This document shows positions 1 to 13,560 of a DNA stretch of 64,000 bases, one piece after another. The stretch lies in the NCBI GenBank assembly GCA_023213395.1, contig CM041465.1, forward strand, positions 86,745,741-86,809,740. Direction: 5' to 3'. How positions within the stretch are numbered: the first letter of the stretch is position 1; each line of letters begins with the position of its first letter. The position numbers and the translations under genes are program-made. This stretch comes from Cycas panzhihuaensis (Eukaryota; Plantae; Cycadophyta). Under the pieces are notes generated by a model that worked only from the letters and a program-made list of their open reading frames with translations, made no database searches and had not been told where the DNA came from.

Positions 1-1165
1 GAAAAAGTAAGGAAGCCTCGTCGATAGTTCCCCTACGACACCAACCGCGGTAAAGAGTGCAAGGTGGGTAAAAAAGGATTGTGAGAAAAGAGAAGAGTTT
101 GCTACACTGGCCATCTTAGTTCTAGGAGCACCTCTTCCTACCCTATCTTCTCGCTCACCCTTCTAACCCTTTCCCTAAAGAAGGAAAAAGGGAAAAAGGA
201 AAGGTTACGCATACTCTGTTGCTTGCGGATTACTTGTCTTTCTCATTAGGGAAAGAAACTGCCATTTTGTATGTGTAGGCATTAATCCTACTAGTGGAGC
301 AATTTCCTACCTCTGGTGTATTCCATTCACCTTTTCTTGTATGACCCTCACATCTATTAGGGTAAGGGTACAAAGGGTTACGAGCTCCTCTATCACTACC
401 TTTTGTTTTCTACCCATGCACTACTAGGGTAGCTTGCACTAGTTGTTGCATTCTCTTTGTACGATTTCCAACTTTCTTGGTTCCTTTGCTTTTATTAACA
501 TTTGTAAAAGAAAAGAGAGAGAGGCAAGAATCAAAAGAGAGTGTTATTGTTATTTTCCTTCTCCTTTTAATTCATGATAAATCAGAAATAGCAACACTTA
601 ATAACACCACCCTATTCATCATAAAACAAAACAAAAGATATCTTTCATAACGCCCCACACACCCAGCTATCCGCCTAGGGCATTGGCACCTTGGGAGCAT
701 CCTCCTCAAGGTGCTCCTTTTTGGTAAGGCATCGTCTTGCCCTACCTGCATTTAGGAGTTAGTCTTTTTCCACCCAACCTCCTCTTTGCACCCTCACTAT
801 CCACCATTCCTTTCTTGTATATAGGTACCCTTTTCTCCATTAGGGTCTACCTCCTATGTTCCCTCTTTCTTGGGAAAGGTGCCTTTCATCTCAACTCTCC
901 TTCCTCGACCATTCAAGATAGGAGGGTCCCTTTGAGGCTACTCGACAAATTGAGGGAGCCCCTTACCCATCTTAAATCCGAGAAGATGCTCACCATAAGG
1001 GAAGGTTTGTGTGCCATTTGTGGGTCTTTGAACCTGCGTTTCGATGTACAGACGCCCTTTATGGGTAATCATTTCTTTTGCTTCTAAGGATCCTTTAGCC
1101 CTGTAATTGTCGATTGTATAGGCTTGATCCCCTTGCATCCGATGACCTCCCAGAGGTGCACTTCT
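1..1165 (+). mobile_element. Fragment of Tat-type LTR retrotransposon pre-pol leader (homologous to 55330-56140 on minus strand)
   Basis: Shared blocks with reverse complement of 55330-56140: GTAAGGAAGCC..ACACCAACC, GCCTAGGG, and conceptual peptides IGT..TIQD and LNLRFDVQTP vs LNSRFNARTP; cut off at ~1165 by a Copia gag piece. Confidence 0.6.
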
Positions 1166-1450
1166 AGGTATAAAGCTCTGGTTTCATTCTTTATTTCATA
1201 TAGATCCTTCAGTATTTATTATGATTCTACTAATGTTATTTTGCCTTGTAAATGTATAATTAGTTCATCTACAACAAACAAACTAATAATTATGAGTGCT
1301 TCTCAATCTTTATCCTCCTAGTCTTCCACATCTTTGGATGTTATTGTTGAAGCCATAAAGGATGTACCAACAGTCATTCCAGTAGTCATTGCAACTTGAG
1401 GAGCTATCTAAATAAGCTTCAATTCTTTGCCTTCAATAATTTTCATTCAT
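1165..1450 (-). pseudogene. Ty1/copia gag (UBN2-like) remnant
   Basis: Minus translation ..KDVED*EDKD*EALIIISLFVVDELIIHLQGKITLVES**ILKDLYEIKNETRALYL fits the Copia gag N-terminal pattern; in-frame stops. Confidence 0.65.
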
Positions 1451-4400
1451 TTTTACCTAATTTTTACCATTTAACTTTTGTAACTTAGATAGAATGTCAC
1501 TAGCTATATTTACACTCAATATAATGGGGGGGGGGGGATGCAATAAAATCATAATCACAAGCATGATTTTATATGAATATTCAGAGGTTGCAAGGTTTGC
1601 TTATAAATATAAGCTCAATTTATGAAATAATAACTCAAAATATGATTACTACAACTTGAATTTTAAAAACAATGGTCAAACATCAAAGATATAGTGATTA
1701 GCACCTTTTAGACATAAAGTTGCTTTCATAATATAACCGTGAGCCAAAAAAATAAAGGTGCAAGCCCCTAACTTTATGAAAATTAACTTAATTTCATTAT
1801 TCTAAAGTTATAAACTATATAACATAGAAATATTTATTAAAAAGTTAATTTTATTAAAAAAAAAAAATATTTAACCATCAAAAACTCATATGCGCGGTCC
1901 TGGAGGTTGATGTTTTCACTAGAGTCAAATAGAGATGATAATTAACAAATAAACAATTATTTATGGGGTTTATAAACATGATCTATACAATTTTTGCCTC
2001 AAACAAGAGGAAAATTGATTACAGATGGAGAAAAAATGAGTTGAAATTTAGTTTTGAAACCACCCTCCTTTTTTAGTTTCCAAAATCAAAATTAGGGTAA
2101 AAAATATTGTTTTTGAAATAGTACTTACTATAAAATTGATATTAGACGAGTTTAGAACAATCCCACTGACTTAAAAACTGCAAAAACATTGAGTTCAAAA
2201 AAGCCCTCATGTCTCAAAATCACCCAACCATCAAAAACATCTAATTTATTCTTTGAGAAACTATGGGTTTGTATATCATCTATAAAAATTTACAAGAAAT
2301 ACACTAGACTGTAGCTATAATGCCTCGCTAAGAGTCTGTTTCATTACAAGAAATGGAAATTAAATCTACTAAACAAAACTCTTACTATAATGCCATGTTA
2401 CAAAAACTGGGACTGCATTGTAAATTAAAGTAGGAGTAATGAGAATGATTTGATTGCAATAAAATGGATGAAATAATAATTTTTATTATATCACCTATAA
2501 CACATGCCCAAAGCTCCTGCAAAGTCTCCACTACAATCACCCTTCAAACACATAGTTTGAATTTTTTCAAAGAGCATTTATTCACTTCTCGATTTATGGA
2601 GAGAATCAAGGAGTTAGGGAAGTTACGTAGAGTAACTAATCCTCTCACTAGTTAATCTAACGTAAAGTGTATTGTAAGCATTACACTTTATTAATGAAAT
2701 ATACATTACTTTATCAATCATGGCACTTATTTACTATTGTTGTGCACTTGTAGCATATCTCATATCTTAATATCGTAAATAAGTAAGACTAGTTCTTAAA
2801 ATAGGTTAACATGGAGTTTAATTTATGATAGCAAGAATCATATGTATGCACTTAACACTATGTTTAAAGGTGCACTAAGATTAATAATCTGCACGATGAT
2901 TGATATTACATTAGCAATAGGATTAATGATATTAGTGAAGGGTTAATAGAGACAATTATAAAGGGTTAAGCCAATTTCTCATACAAATAAGGCTCCCTCT
3001 TTTGTACAAAGGGTAATCAATTACCAATATTAATACCTATATTCTTCATTAAAGAATAATTATTAATTTACATGGGTTTCTTCATGTTTATTTAGTCTTT
3101 ATTACACATGCTTATGAATCAGTGGCTAACAGATGTCGAGTTTGTTATAAGTGCTATCAATTAGTGATCTTAAGCCAAATCAATCTATGTTTGGGTTTCC
3201 AAGCATTTTTCAGCCTACATCAAATAAATCCATTGAAATTTTAGCTCATGCATTTTATTAAAAATATCTAATATTGATGTAGTGGTTATTCTTGGGGTTA
3301 TGTTAGATGTCTTAAGTTCTAAGGGGTATTCTTTTCCCCCTTTTTGTTATCATTATATAACTTTATTTAACGCTTCATTTTGATGGGTTCATGTATATTA
3401 AGTATAAATGTATATATTAAACTCTAATCAAGTTTATTTAATTGGGGGTTGAGTGGTCTTGTCCGTTCTTTTTGCAATGAATCAAACAAACCCAAGCCCC
3501 TTAATCAATGCATAAATATTTTCCTTGTTCAATGAAATAATTTACATTTTAGGAATAAATCACTAATATTCCCCTTCTTTATCATTCTCCTTTGTGTCAT
3601 TATTCTCCCCCTTCATATTTGAGAGTTAGGCACCTATTAACTTACAAGAAATATTAGAGAATGGAGAATTATTTTGAGAGAAAGATGTAAGGAAGAAGGG
3701 ATCTTTAATAACTAGAGCAATCCTAGGTACTCCATTAAACTTTATTCAATATAAAAAATAATGTGATATTGATTCTATATATAATGATTAAATTAGTTGC
3801 TCTCTAAATCTTTCTTTTTCTTTTTGGTAAGTACACATGCCACCTTGTCATGAATAGTCATTGAATTTCACTATTCATATTCTTACTTCACACGGAGTAA
3901 ACTATTACCTTGTAATGTTTCATTACGAAATTTGCAAATTGTTATGTGACAAATGTATAGTTGTAGGATTCATTTTTTATAATGAAAGAAATACATCTTA
4001 ATAATCATCCCATTGCTAAGTCGTCATTTGTCCATTTACCTTATTGACTAGCATTATGTTATATATACTAGTCACTTATTTATTAAATTTACTATTTGGA
4101 TCCCTGCTCAATGACTTTATCTTGTTCTTAATCCTCAACTCCTTCTAGTCCGTACATAGTAATGGTGTTCTAAACTATTTTTGCTCAATGCTCTTAACTT
4201 GTTTATCCTAGATTTGTGATCATTATTGGCCCCTAATTTGACCCTGATCAATCCCTAGTAAGGATGTTTGCTCTATTCCAATCTACATCTGTTATGATGA
4301 ATCCTTAACATAATTGCCCATCAAATGGCACCCAATCACCTGTATTGATCATCCTTCTATTAGCAACTCATTTGATAACTAGAGCATGTTTTTGTTTTTC

Positions 4401-5339
4401 CTGTCCATGTTTTAAAAGACGTGCTAGTTGCCATGCTCTAAACCTACCACTATGTTTTAGGCTATAATGTCATATGAATGTAAACTCTAGAAGTGTAGAG
4501 ATTGAAAATCGTCAATTATAAGCACAATAATACATCATTCCTAATTATATAAACCACTATTAAAGTTCTTTACACCAACTAATTGCATTGAATTATAGAC
4601 TTCAATTGGAACTTATTTCAAAAATATTATTTGGCAAGATGTGTAATTTACAAATATGCAATTTATTATATGGCTCTCAAATTTATTTCGAAATTAGAAC
4701 TAGCTATAATAGCTCGAAAAAGGTTTCATAAAGTTATGATTAAATAACTAGTATGCAATATCTCTAACCCTTTTTCTTATTCTTTACATTTAAAATTTAT
4801 GAAACCTCTTATTGAAATTTGAATGCTAGGTTATTGATGTTATGGTTGTCATTATGATTATGGTTATAATTCATCTGTCAAAGATCTATACCCCTTTACT
4901 TTGTAATATTCCCATAATATAATTGTTTTAAGTATATTGTTTTAGAAATAAGGGTATGGTTTAGTAATAATAACTAGTATTGATGCATTATATGATTCCA
5001 ATAATTATATGCCCAATATGTCTTATCACAGCCTACTGATATTTACATGTTGATGAATTAAAGAATAAATAATGTTCATTAGCAATTAACTGATGTATGA
5101 AATATGGTTGAAATGGATTGAATGATAACAACTAAATATAGGTAATGGACTATTAAGCATGTTTGAGCTACAAATAATGTTTATCTATATAGTTTCATAA
5201 AGAGATAGTGGAACAAAAATCCATCATAAATCATATACATAATAAAATCCTCACTAAATCTATGTTTATCTTTATTAATAGAGAATAGCCATACCTCTCT
5301 ATCCTCTAATATAGGTTATATTAGTTTATTAAAGGTGGA

Positions 5340-5560
5340 GAAGCATATAGAGTATTCAATTACATAGGTGGTCAATGATGAAATGAGGGAAGTTGAATAA
5401 ATCATAAAAGAATTGGAATTTGGTGTGGGTTTATGCAAGGAGTCTACGTCCTCCCTTTGGCATTGTTTGGAATGATTATGGGTCAGGAATGGTTAATAAA
5501 ACATTATGTTAAGATAAACAATGCCAAAAAAGAGATGTAAGCTGAGTGAGTTATTTTTAA
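5340..5560 (+). pseudogene. Ty3/gypsy aspartic protease C-terminal remnant
   Basis: ..VYVLPLALFGMIMGQEWLIKHYVKINNAKK resembles the 'D+ILG++WL++H' retropepsin tail. Confidence 0.45.
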
Positions 5561-5902
5561 GGGCTTATTTTTGGAGGTCTAATAGAATGCTTGAATGTGG
5601 AGTAAATGAAATGAACGGAAGGGGAGAGGAAATGAAGAGGGGAGCAGTGGAGTTGGTGCCATGAAATGGACAAAGTGTCAAGGAGCTAGAAGAAGAGGAA
5701 TGGCAAAACCAAAAGGGGGAGCTCTTCTTTTGATTTTGTAGGTACACTTAAGTCATTGGGCAATCTGCATGGGTTCAATGATCTTTTATAACAAGGGAAT
5801 CAAGGAGACTGCATCTAAGGGTTATCGTTGAGCTAAAGAAATTGTGTAAGGTTATTACAATGGATAGGGGTCAAGAGGCCAAGGTTAAGGCTATTTTTGG
5901 GA

Positions 5903-6410
5903 ATGGGTAATTCGTTTGGATGCTTTACTTATGGGGAACACCCGGTCTCTATTGTGAGAGATTGGGATTTGGTTAACACTCACACATTATTGGATTTCAA
6001 TACTTGTTTAGTAAAGTATTCGACCTTTGGTGGGCTTACTTTGCCTCTTCATTTCACAGTTGCTAAATGGCACAATGAGATTGTGTGCTTGTTGCTCGAG
6101 CATGTAGCCGATGTGAATTCTATGAATCATCGTGGCTAGATAAATTGCTATAAACTTGTTGATATGGACACTGGGAGGTCATGCAAACTCTTCTTCTGTT
6201 GAAAGAAAATGACATATGAGCAGATTACCTCAGTGGTAGGACAACCTTATATTTTGCAGTAGTAAATGATCATACAAGATGCATCATACTTGTGGTTGCA
6301 AACTTTGTACCTAGTGTCCCTTATTAATTGAGTCTGACTCTAGCTTTTGACAATAAGAAGTTTACAACATAGCGATGTCACCTCGATGTAAAAGTTAGAA
6401 TATGACAGGC
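5903..6410 (+). pseudogene. XBAT33: Processed pseudogene (5' part) of ankyrin-repeat RING E3 ligase, XBAT33/XBOS33-like
   Basis: MGNSFGC..GE..VS..RD.D......[36 protein letters not shown], then after a stop/frameshift [36 protein letters not shown]; closely follows the XBAT33 N-terminus; continuous with no introns; stops and frameshift present. Confidence 0.88.
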
Positions 6411-6909
6411 CACCTAGTTACGATTTTTTTTCAATGGTATAGGGTCTAGCCCATGGAGAAAATGGTAATGAGACCAAGTTGTCCTGTTCTAATTTTTACA
6501 ATGGAATGATTGTGTTCTATTGTAAAAAATTGAATGGGATAGGGACACAATGGGCCAAAGTAAAAGTGGCTAAAAAAAGGGCCAATCACCAAAAGTTGAT
6601 CAATAATAGTGTAAAAAAATGGTACAATAGTATAAAAAAGGAATTGAAAGTGCTCATGAAAGCGCTCAAGGGTGTCTCTGGATATGGGGGACCCAAGTGA
6701 ACAAGCAATAAATGCCATTGACCATGGTTAGGATTGTCACAAGCTAATAAAAATAGGTGCATGCATCATCACACCACAAGCAAGATCAAGCAGCATATAC
6801 AAGCACATAATCATGAAAATAAATAGTAAAGCTTTAAACAAAAGCAATAATGCATACCTAACTTACCTGTATGATCGATGATTGTTGGATTGCCAGATGG
6901 TGGGAAGCA
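6410..6909 (-). repeat. Partial 3' LTR of element C
   Basis: Begins TGCTTCCCACCATCTGG directly after PPT CCAAGGGGTAAA (6910-6921); aligns with ~17720-18188. Confidence 0.75.
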
Positions 6910-7079
6910 TTTACCCCTTGGTAGCATGACCTCCCTAGATATATGTTGTGGGATGGTGAATGTTATCAACAATGCTCGTGAATATATGCATGCATATTGC
7001 TTGGCAAAGGGAATGACAAATGCATGTGAAAGCGATTTAGAATCCTAATCTCAACAACAAACTCGAGAACCATCCTGTG

Positions 7080-7480
7080 AGAGATGACGCTTTAAGATAT
7101 GGGCCACTAATTGGCCGACCTCGATATTTTGTTCTCATGGAACATGGTGAACTATAACAGATAAGAACTGAGCCAAAAGGGATCTTGCCAAGTTGGCAAG
7201 GGAACATAATTAGGGATAACGAACCTGATAAACTTGTGTGAGCTGACAAATGAATAGTTGCAAGTCAGAAACCAAGACAATAGGACCAAAATGAATGCAA
7301 AGTGCGTTAGTTAGGGCTTTAATGATAACAGTATACTTGGTTACATTATTAGTAACCGTCGAAATGTATATTCTGACACTAATCAAAACACAATCGCTTG
7401 GTCACAAATGTTCCAAGCGATAGTAGATGGGTTGGAGCTACCATGACTTCCTCCATATGTGTAGAGTAGTAACAACATGG
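7080..7480 (-). pseudogene. Additional (archaeal-type) RNase H, aRH, of element C
   Basis: LLYTYGGSHGSSNPSTIAWNICD..TNNVTKYTVIIKALTNAL..VSDLQLFICQLTQVYQV..VHHVP*EQNIEVGQLV; collinear with aRH of A and B. Confidence 0.75.
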
Positions 7481-7639
7481 AGAAAATAATGGTCAAGTTA
7501 GTTGCAACCATTTAATAAGATTTCAATAAGTGAACCTACAAACCCTCATTGCACATACACATTACCGGTAGCTTTCTTCATAAAATATAGGTTCTTAAGA
7601 GATTAGCAAGTTTTGCATCTTATAGACCCAACACGTTAG

Positions 7640-8518
7640 TGCTCTCTCATGGACAAACCATCTACTACACCAACTTATGCCACAAAACCCTCATCCTCAA
7701 TCATGATCACTTCATCACGTGGCAGAGAGAATAATAGCCTACCTGACATATCACTGGCTTTACCATGGCAATCATGCCTACTTCAAAAGCCCCATTCTCA
7801 ATCTCACATACAACACTTACATGTATATTGGCAAGATATGCATATAATAGTCTAAAAATGAATAAAACAACACCAAACCTTTGTGGAATTCAAAATAACT
7901 GCAATACCTACGCTTTTGGTTAGATTTCAATGCTCATGCCCCAACATACTCAAGGTACCTTGCAAAACCATGGTTCGAAAGCATCACAACCTACAATAAA
8001 TCTTCACCTGATAAACAAACTACGCTCTTTATTTAGTCACAAACAGACATATGTAAATAAGTTCTAAATCAAAACATTAAGATGTGGACACACTCATTAT
8101 CTTACAACCTAACTGGGGTCAAATCAGGTTCTAATAAACCTAACTCTAATACCACTTATTAGAAATATATAATAGGTCCAAGACTATATAACATCACTAC
8201 TATAAAATATAAAGAAATATGCATGCCTAAGATCAAGACTATGAATTATTGCGCTATATAAGTGAATAAATAAAGAATAAATATGGACAAACACATAACA
8301 CAATATGCTTGTAAGAAATAATCGCTTCCAAATTATATTATGATAAACTAATACATATTTATAACACACCACTCAATGGCTATCTAATCCCATATTAGGA
8401 ACCACTTGGTTAACCAATGACCTACAACATTAAGAAGTGTATGCACTATGACCCCTTAGTACACATCAAATGGATAATTACAATAATTTAATAATCATAG
8501 GTTTGACATTACCCAACA
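7640..8518 (-). mobile_element. Truncated LTR element nested in C (LTR 8157-8518, PBS-Met 8142-8154)
   Basis: LTR starts TGTTGGGT; followed by TGGTATTAGAGTT (tRNAiMet PBS-like); left boundary approximate. Confidence 0.6.
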
Positions 8519-8604
8519 AAATTAAGTAAATTCCAAATTGTAGTTTAGTTTTGAGTATATTTATAAGTGATTTGATATCTGACTAATGTTATGGTGATTT
8601 GCAG

Positions 8605-10230
8605 GTGATATTGGTCGTGACTAACAGGGAGTATATCGGACCAACCATGTTTGGCCTGACCACAGGAATAGGAGCCACAATGTAGTAAATTCTGAGGCAT
8701 TACGAATTATATCAGTTGGTCAACTCACAGCAATATTGTCATACCAACTATTGTTGGTGGATGTCGTGTCCCATTAGGACCAAGCAAGGCAAGTATTTCA
8801 CTTGCCTCAAATAGGTGATGGAGATATTCAACGAATATTAGGAGTATCGTATATAAGGGCAATGTCAGAGCTGGGAGCCTTACCCAACAATGATGAGGTG
8901 TATACAACAGTAGCCATATATTTCTATGACAACAAAGAGTGGGATTAGCAAGGGATTAACCTTCCTACACACTTAAGATCACAGACAAGTTCCGCAAGTG
9001 TGGAAGCTCATAGTATGTGCAATCTTATTTTGAGTAATGATGTGACACATTTACTCAATATTCCTTGGAGGTTGGTTTGATTGCGTGTCACGATGTAAGG
9101 CTAGGAAAAGGTTTAACTAAGCCAGCTTGATTCACTATAATTTGACATGGCAACTAGATAAGATCAGGGACATTGGCTTAAGGGGGCTCCCATACTACTC
9201 CCTTATGTAGCATTGATTTTTTAATTACTACATGGGAGGGCATCCCCACACAAGGCCACAACCTATAATAATCGATGACCCATTGATCCATAGGTGGCTT
9301 GCTAGTTTTAGGGGCATGGGACCAGTTAGGGTATTTATGCTAGCTCGTTCGATGATCTCACAGTATAAAGGTTTATACGGGACTCTTACACAAGGGTCTA
9401 CTAGGACTTAGATGAAGAAAAACTTGCAAATGTTGAATGTAGGGGCATAGTAATGCCCCCAGAATAGATCGAGGCAACAAAGGAGGTTCCAATAGTTGTA
9501 GAGGGATTTGAACCAGAGTAAGGGCTAAAGAAGTGTCTAATTGGAGACGTGGAAGGAGAGAAGTAAGCAACAGTAGGAGGTGTTGATGACGCCAAGGGTA
9601 TACTCTCAACCTACACCCTTCCTTTCACATACATGATAAAGTTTAGCTTTATATTTATATTTATATTTATATTTATGTTGGTTTCACATGATATTCAGAT
9701 TGATCCTTTTCTTTATATTATGGTGCAGAGTTGGAGTGCTTCACAGGTGTCTTCATGAAGACAGTGTCAGACTTATTGCTACCTCAAGTGTACAAGGAGG
9801 GCCAACTTTTCATAAAGGGCACAGGACTGTCGACACTAGCCTGCCCACACATAGGAATATTCACACCCCTTATGAGGGCCCTCGAGATGTGGGGGGTAAA
9901 TAGGATGCCCATTGCCTAGCTTCAAGGCCAAGTAACCCCAATGGCAAAGCTGATATAAGTGATACCCAAGGTAAAGGTACAAATAGTTACACTACAAACC
10001 TGAATATAGAACATGACAAACAACAGAGACTAGTTGATCAAGGAGGGGGATTGAGTGTGTGTCTCTTAACAGTGAATGGTTGAGATTATAGCAACTAGAT
10101 CATTGCGTACACATACACCATCACAGAGGACGACTGAGAGACAACAGAGACGAGACAAGGTGAACCAAGTAAGCCTATTGAGATGATCTTGCATGGAGGG
10201 TAAAGGATCCCCCGAGGAAGGGGAATCCTA
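8605..10230 (+). pseudogene. Antisense plant mobile domain (PMD) gene of element C
   Basis: LLVDVVSH*DQARQVFHLPQIGDGDIQRILG matches the PMD motif; acceptor TTGCAG|GTG at 8604; second exon after GTGCAG at 9728. Confidence 0.7.
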
Positions 10231-10909
10231 GAGAGGATGAGAGGGGGATCCATGATCTAGGTATTTTGTACCATTTTGAGAGAGGTAAGCATGTTCCATA
10301 AGGGTGAGATGAGAGAATGATGGTTCATTAAGCATTATATATCTCCTCACATAACCACGAGCTCCCTTGACATATGGCCTCACCATTTTTGCTGATGTAT
10401 ATGTATTGATAGGATGTTGACTTGAGCTCCCCATTAGTTTGACGTGTTTTATGTTATGGTCATGGAAATGTAATATGTTTTAAGTTTACATTAGATATAT
10501 AGATATATGGATATACATATATGTGTACCACATGGATAGCTAGTAGTGTAACAAATCAATGATCATCATGCATTTTGTTTTATCACATATCAGAGATGAT
10601 TTTATTTATAAAGTTGTACTAAGCCTACATTTGTAATGGGATATATCTCTTTATTTATTTTGTTTTACATAGGTGCATTTATGCACATTTTATATTAGAG
10701 CCACAAGGAGTACCCTACAAAACTAGCAAAATAAAAGTACCAATAGTATGGCAAACTACATTAACATGGAGTGTAATTCGCCCAAGGGACATGCCCAAAA
10801 GGGAAGGAGGCCATGTAGATCCATGGCTACTTACATCTCCTAATATATAATTTTTTATAGATTATTATTCTATTTATGTCTTTTTTATTTGGGGTGATGT
10901 GCCTTGGTA

Positions 10910-11010
10910 ACAAATGTAGTATTTGTTAAGGAATTGGCCATTTCGAGGGTGTGCTACTTGGGTTGGTTGCCATGTAGGCCAACCACCCTCCCACATTGTG
11001 ACGGGCATTA
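10910..11010 (-). pseudogene. Integrase C-terminal tail remnant in element C
   Basis: MWEG..AHPRNGQFLNKYY is similar to WVGP..AINGRFLKKFYV at the end of element A integrase. Confidence 0.55.
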
Positions 11011-11699
11011 AAAGTTGTTAGGATGTTATCATGTGTCGTAATTATGCAAGTGACAATGGTCGTGGCGCAATGCCACTACCTACTATTAAAGTAAGAAGTG
11101 TTATGGTTAGGGACTTAGCAATGTTGAGTAATTGGACAAGGCTCCAATTGTTTTATAAATAATTCTGCTCCAACGCTGATTTATCGCCAACTTGGGGGAG
11201 GGAAAGGAGTAAATCAAGGTTAGCATCATGGCCCAAATCTATGAGTTGTTGGGATTATTCACGATAGTCATCCTAGTGTGGAAGCCCAATGGACTAAAAA
11301 AGATCTGTCGATGGTGAATGATGAGTATTAAAAATGTCCCATATAGAGTTAAAGGGAGGATCTCCGAAAATAAGCTCCATCACCTGAAATAGAACCAATA
11401 TTAGGGTTAAGTATGAGAAAGGGTCAAGGCAAGGAGTCTTGTGCAAGGGTGGGGGGAGTGGTATCCCCAACATGATTAAATATATTTATGGTTTGCACAA
11501 GGGCATCCTCATCACCAAACTCATGATCATTAAGGATACCCACATATGTATAGTGCCACACACCTATAGGTACAAAGTGAATCATGTCTAACTTGAGAAG
11601 AGATGGGCCATGGTCAAACTTGGGTCTTTCATCCTAGAACGAAGAACCTAATTCTTCCTTGTTCTTCTCATTATTAAAACTGGCTTGTATGGGTCATTG

Positions 11700-12290
11700 G
11701 GGGTCAGATTGGCTCCACTCATGGTATCGTATGGTATGAATCTTTCCATTATAAACAAATTTGAGTTGTCCCCAAGGATTGGAACAAATAGCCTCCATTT
11801 GGTTAAACCATGGCGTCCCTAGAAGGAGGTTTTAATCCACGTCAATATCCAAGACAATAATCTCAGTGGGGACAATTTTATCCTTAAGGGCAAGGGCAAT
11901 GATGACCATCCCTAAGTGGGCCTTGGAGAATCCATTATATCCTCAATAAAAGGCTCAAGGGCATTAATGCCCAACTCTTTGAGCATGCGGGCAAGCAGGG
12001 CATTAATAGATGGTCTGTTATAAAAAACCATCCTTTATAGGACATAATTAGGAGTTTCAATACTAATAAAGAAGGGGAAGAGGAGTTGGCACTCTGTCTT
12101 CTCCGAGGAAGGGGCTTCCTCTGGGTCAATTCACAAAAGAGGTTTAGTTGATTGTTTAACAAAAATAGAACTGACCTCACAAGGTCCCAACGCATTCAAG
12201 AGTAGCTGTCATTGATCAGGGCAACTTTATAAAACGCCCATCATGGACATGCTAGTAGAGACAGACTGAAGCTCCTCGATAATGGACAAG
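11700..12290 (-). pseudogene. Aspartic protease of element C
   Basis: LSIIEELQSV..QLLLNAL pre-protease motif and DKIVPTEIIVLDIDVD*NLLLGTPWFNQMEAICSNPWGQLKFVYNG; collinear with element A protease. Confidence 0.75.
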
Positions 12291-13029
12291 GGCTTCCCTT
12301 TACAAGTAGGTTAGGGGAGCACCCTCCTCATGCTGTAACGACTAAGATGAATAAGGATAACCTTGGGGAACATAGGGATCGCGATAGGTTGAGGGTTAAG
12401 AGAGGAAGTGTCAGCTTCCCAAGCTGCGTGAACTCAGGTAACAGTGGGTGGGCAATAATACGCTTACCCTTTGCATTATAATGTTCAACAACTTCTCCCA
12501 ATTCAGTGGATTAGGCCTTTGCCAAAGGCTAATATTGCTCTTATTATGCAACACTTGGTTGAAAAGTGGCAATGTGGGTCTATAGGGATTTGCCCTTAAC
12601 CTTTGATGCCCAAGACTTAGAACCACCATGATGTTGAGGGAAGGGATCCTTATAGATTTGTTGATCAAGGTTGGGCCTCAATGTTAGAGGTGTAGAAGGC
12701 TCTTAAAGAGGTAGAAGCTTTGGGTGTTGAGTCCAATGTTGATCGTCATCATGGGCATAACTCTAATGGACCCAACTCCACTTCTTCACAACACGGGGAG
12801 CATCTCCCTTGTTACCCTTAAGCTGAGAAGGTTGTTGGGTAGTTTGATGAATAGGTCAATGGTTTTGTTGACTTTGAAGTTACAAATTACACCTTTCAGT
12901 GGCTTAAGTTGTAGCTTGAGGTCCCAAATTGTTCTTTCGAATGAGTGAATGACAAAAGTAAGGGAATTTATAATCTTATCGATGGTACCAACATGGAGTT
13001 TAATCCTTTAGGTTGGGTAGAAGCTTCAC

Positions 13030-13560
13030 GTCTCTAGGTTGGTTTGGTGAACTTCTTGATTATCATCTGGATCTTAATAGACTCAGAGGCAAGGTATTTA
13101 CTTACCACACTCTCATATGTGGTGGCACCCATTTTGAGCACTTCCACGTGTACCTTAGGACGAAGGGCATTAATAAAAATATCTCGCTTCAGCTCTTTAG
13201 ACAATGTGGCCTTAGAAGAATAAAGGAGGTCATGGAAGTGCCTAACAAGATCCTTGTTAAGCTCATTAGGACCTTGTTTAAGGGAGAGGAGGGTCTTAGC
13301 CCCCACTCTCGAAAGGTCTAGACACGTCAAAATAGCTGACAAAAGTGTCAACTAGTTGTTGGAAGGTGTGAATAGAATGTGGGGGTTGACAATAAAACCA
13401 TTTAAGAGTATCCCTATGGACGGAGTGCAAGAATAACTTCATCATAATATCATAGGGTAGGTAATCCATACATGCCATGGTAAAAGCTTTAACATGGTTC
13501 GTAGGATCTTGTTGAGTTGTCCCAACAACTTAGGAACTTGAGGTGGATGGGGTGACAAGT
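13030..13560 (-). pseudogene. Retrotransposon gag (Retrotrans_gag) of element C
   Basis: MMKLFLHSVHRDTLKWFYCQPPHSIHTFQQLVDTFVSYF..LLSLKQGPNE..DLVRHF..IFINALRP (ORFs 13296-13478, 13034-13351). Confidence 0.85.

Noticed and set aside
1526-3700. G12 run as a PPT followed by a long LTR
   Set aside because: No partner LTR, clear terminus or PBS could be identified in the window.
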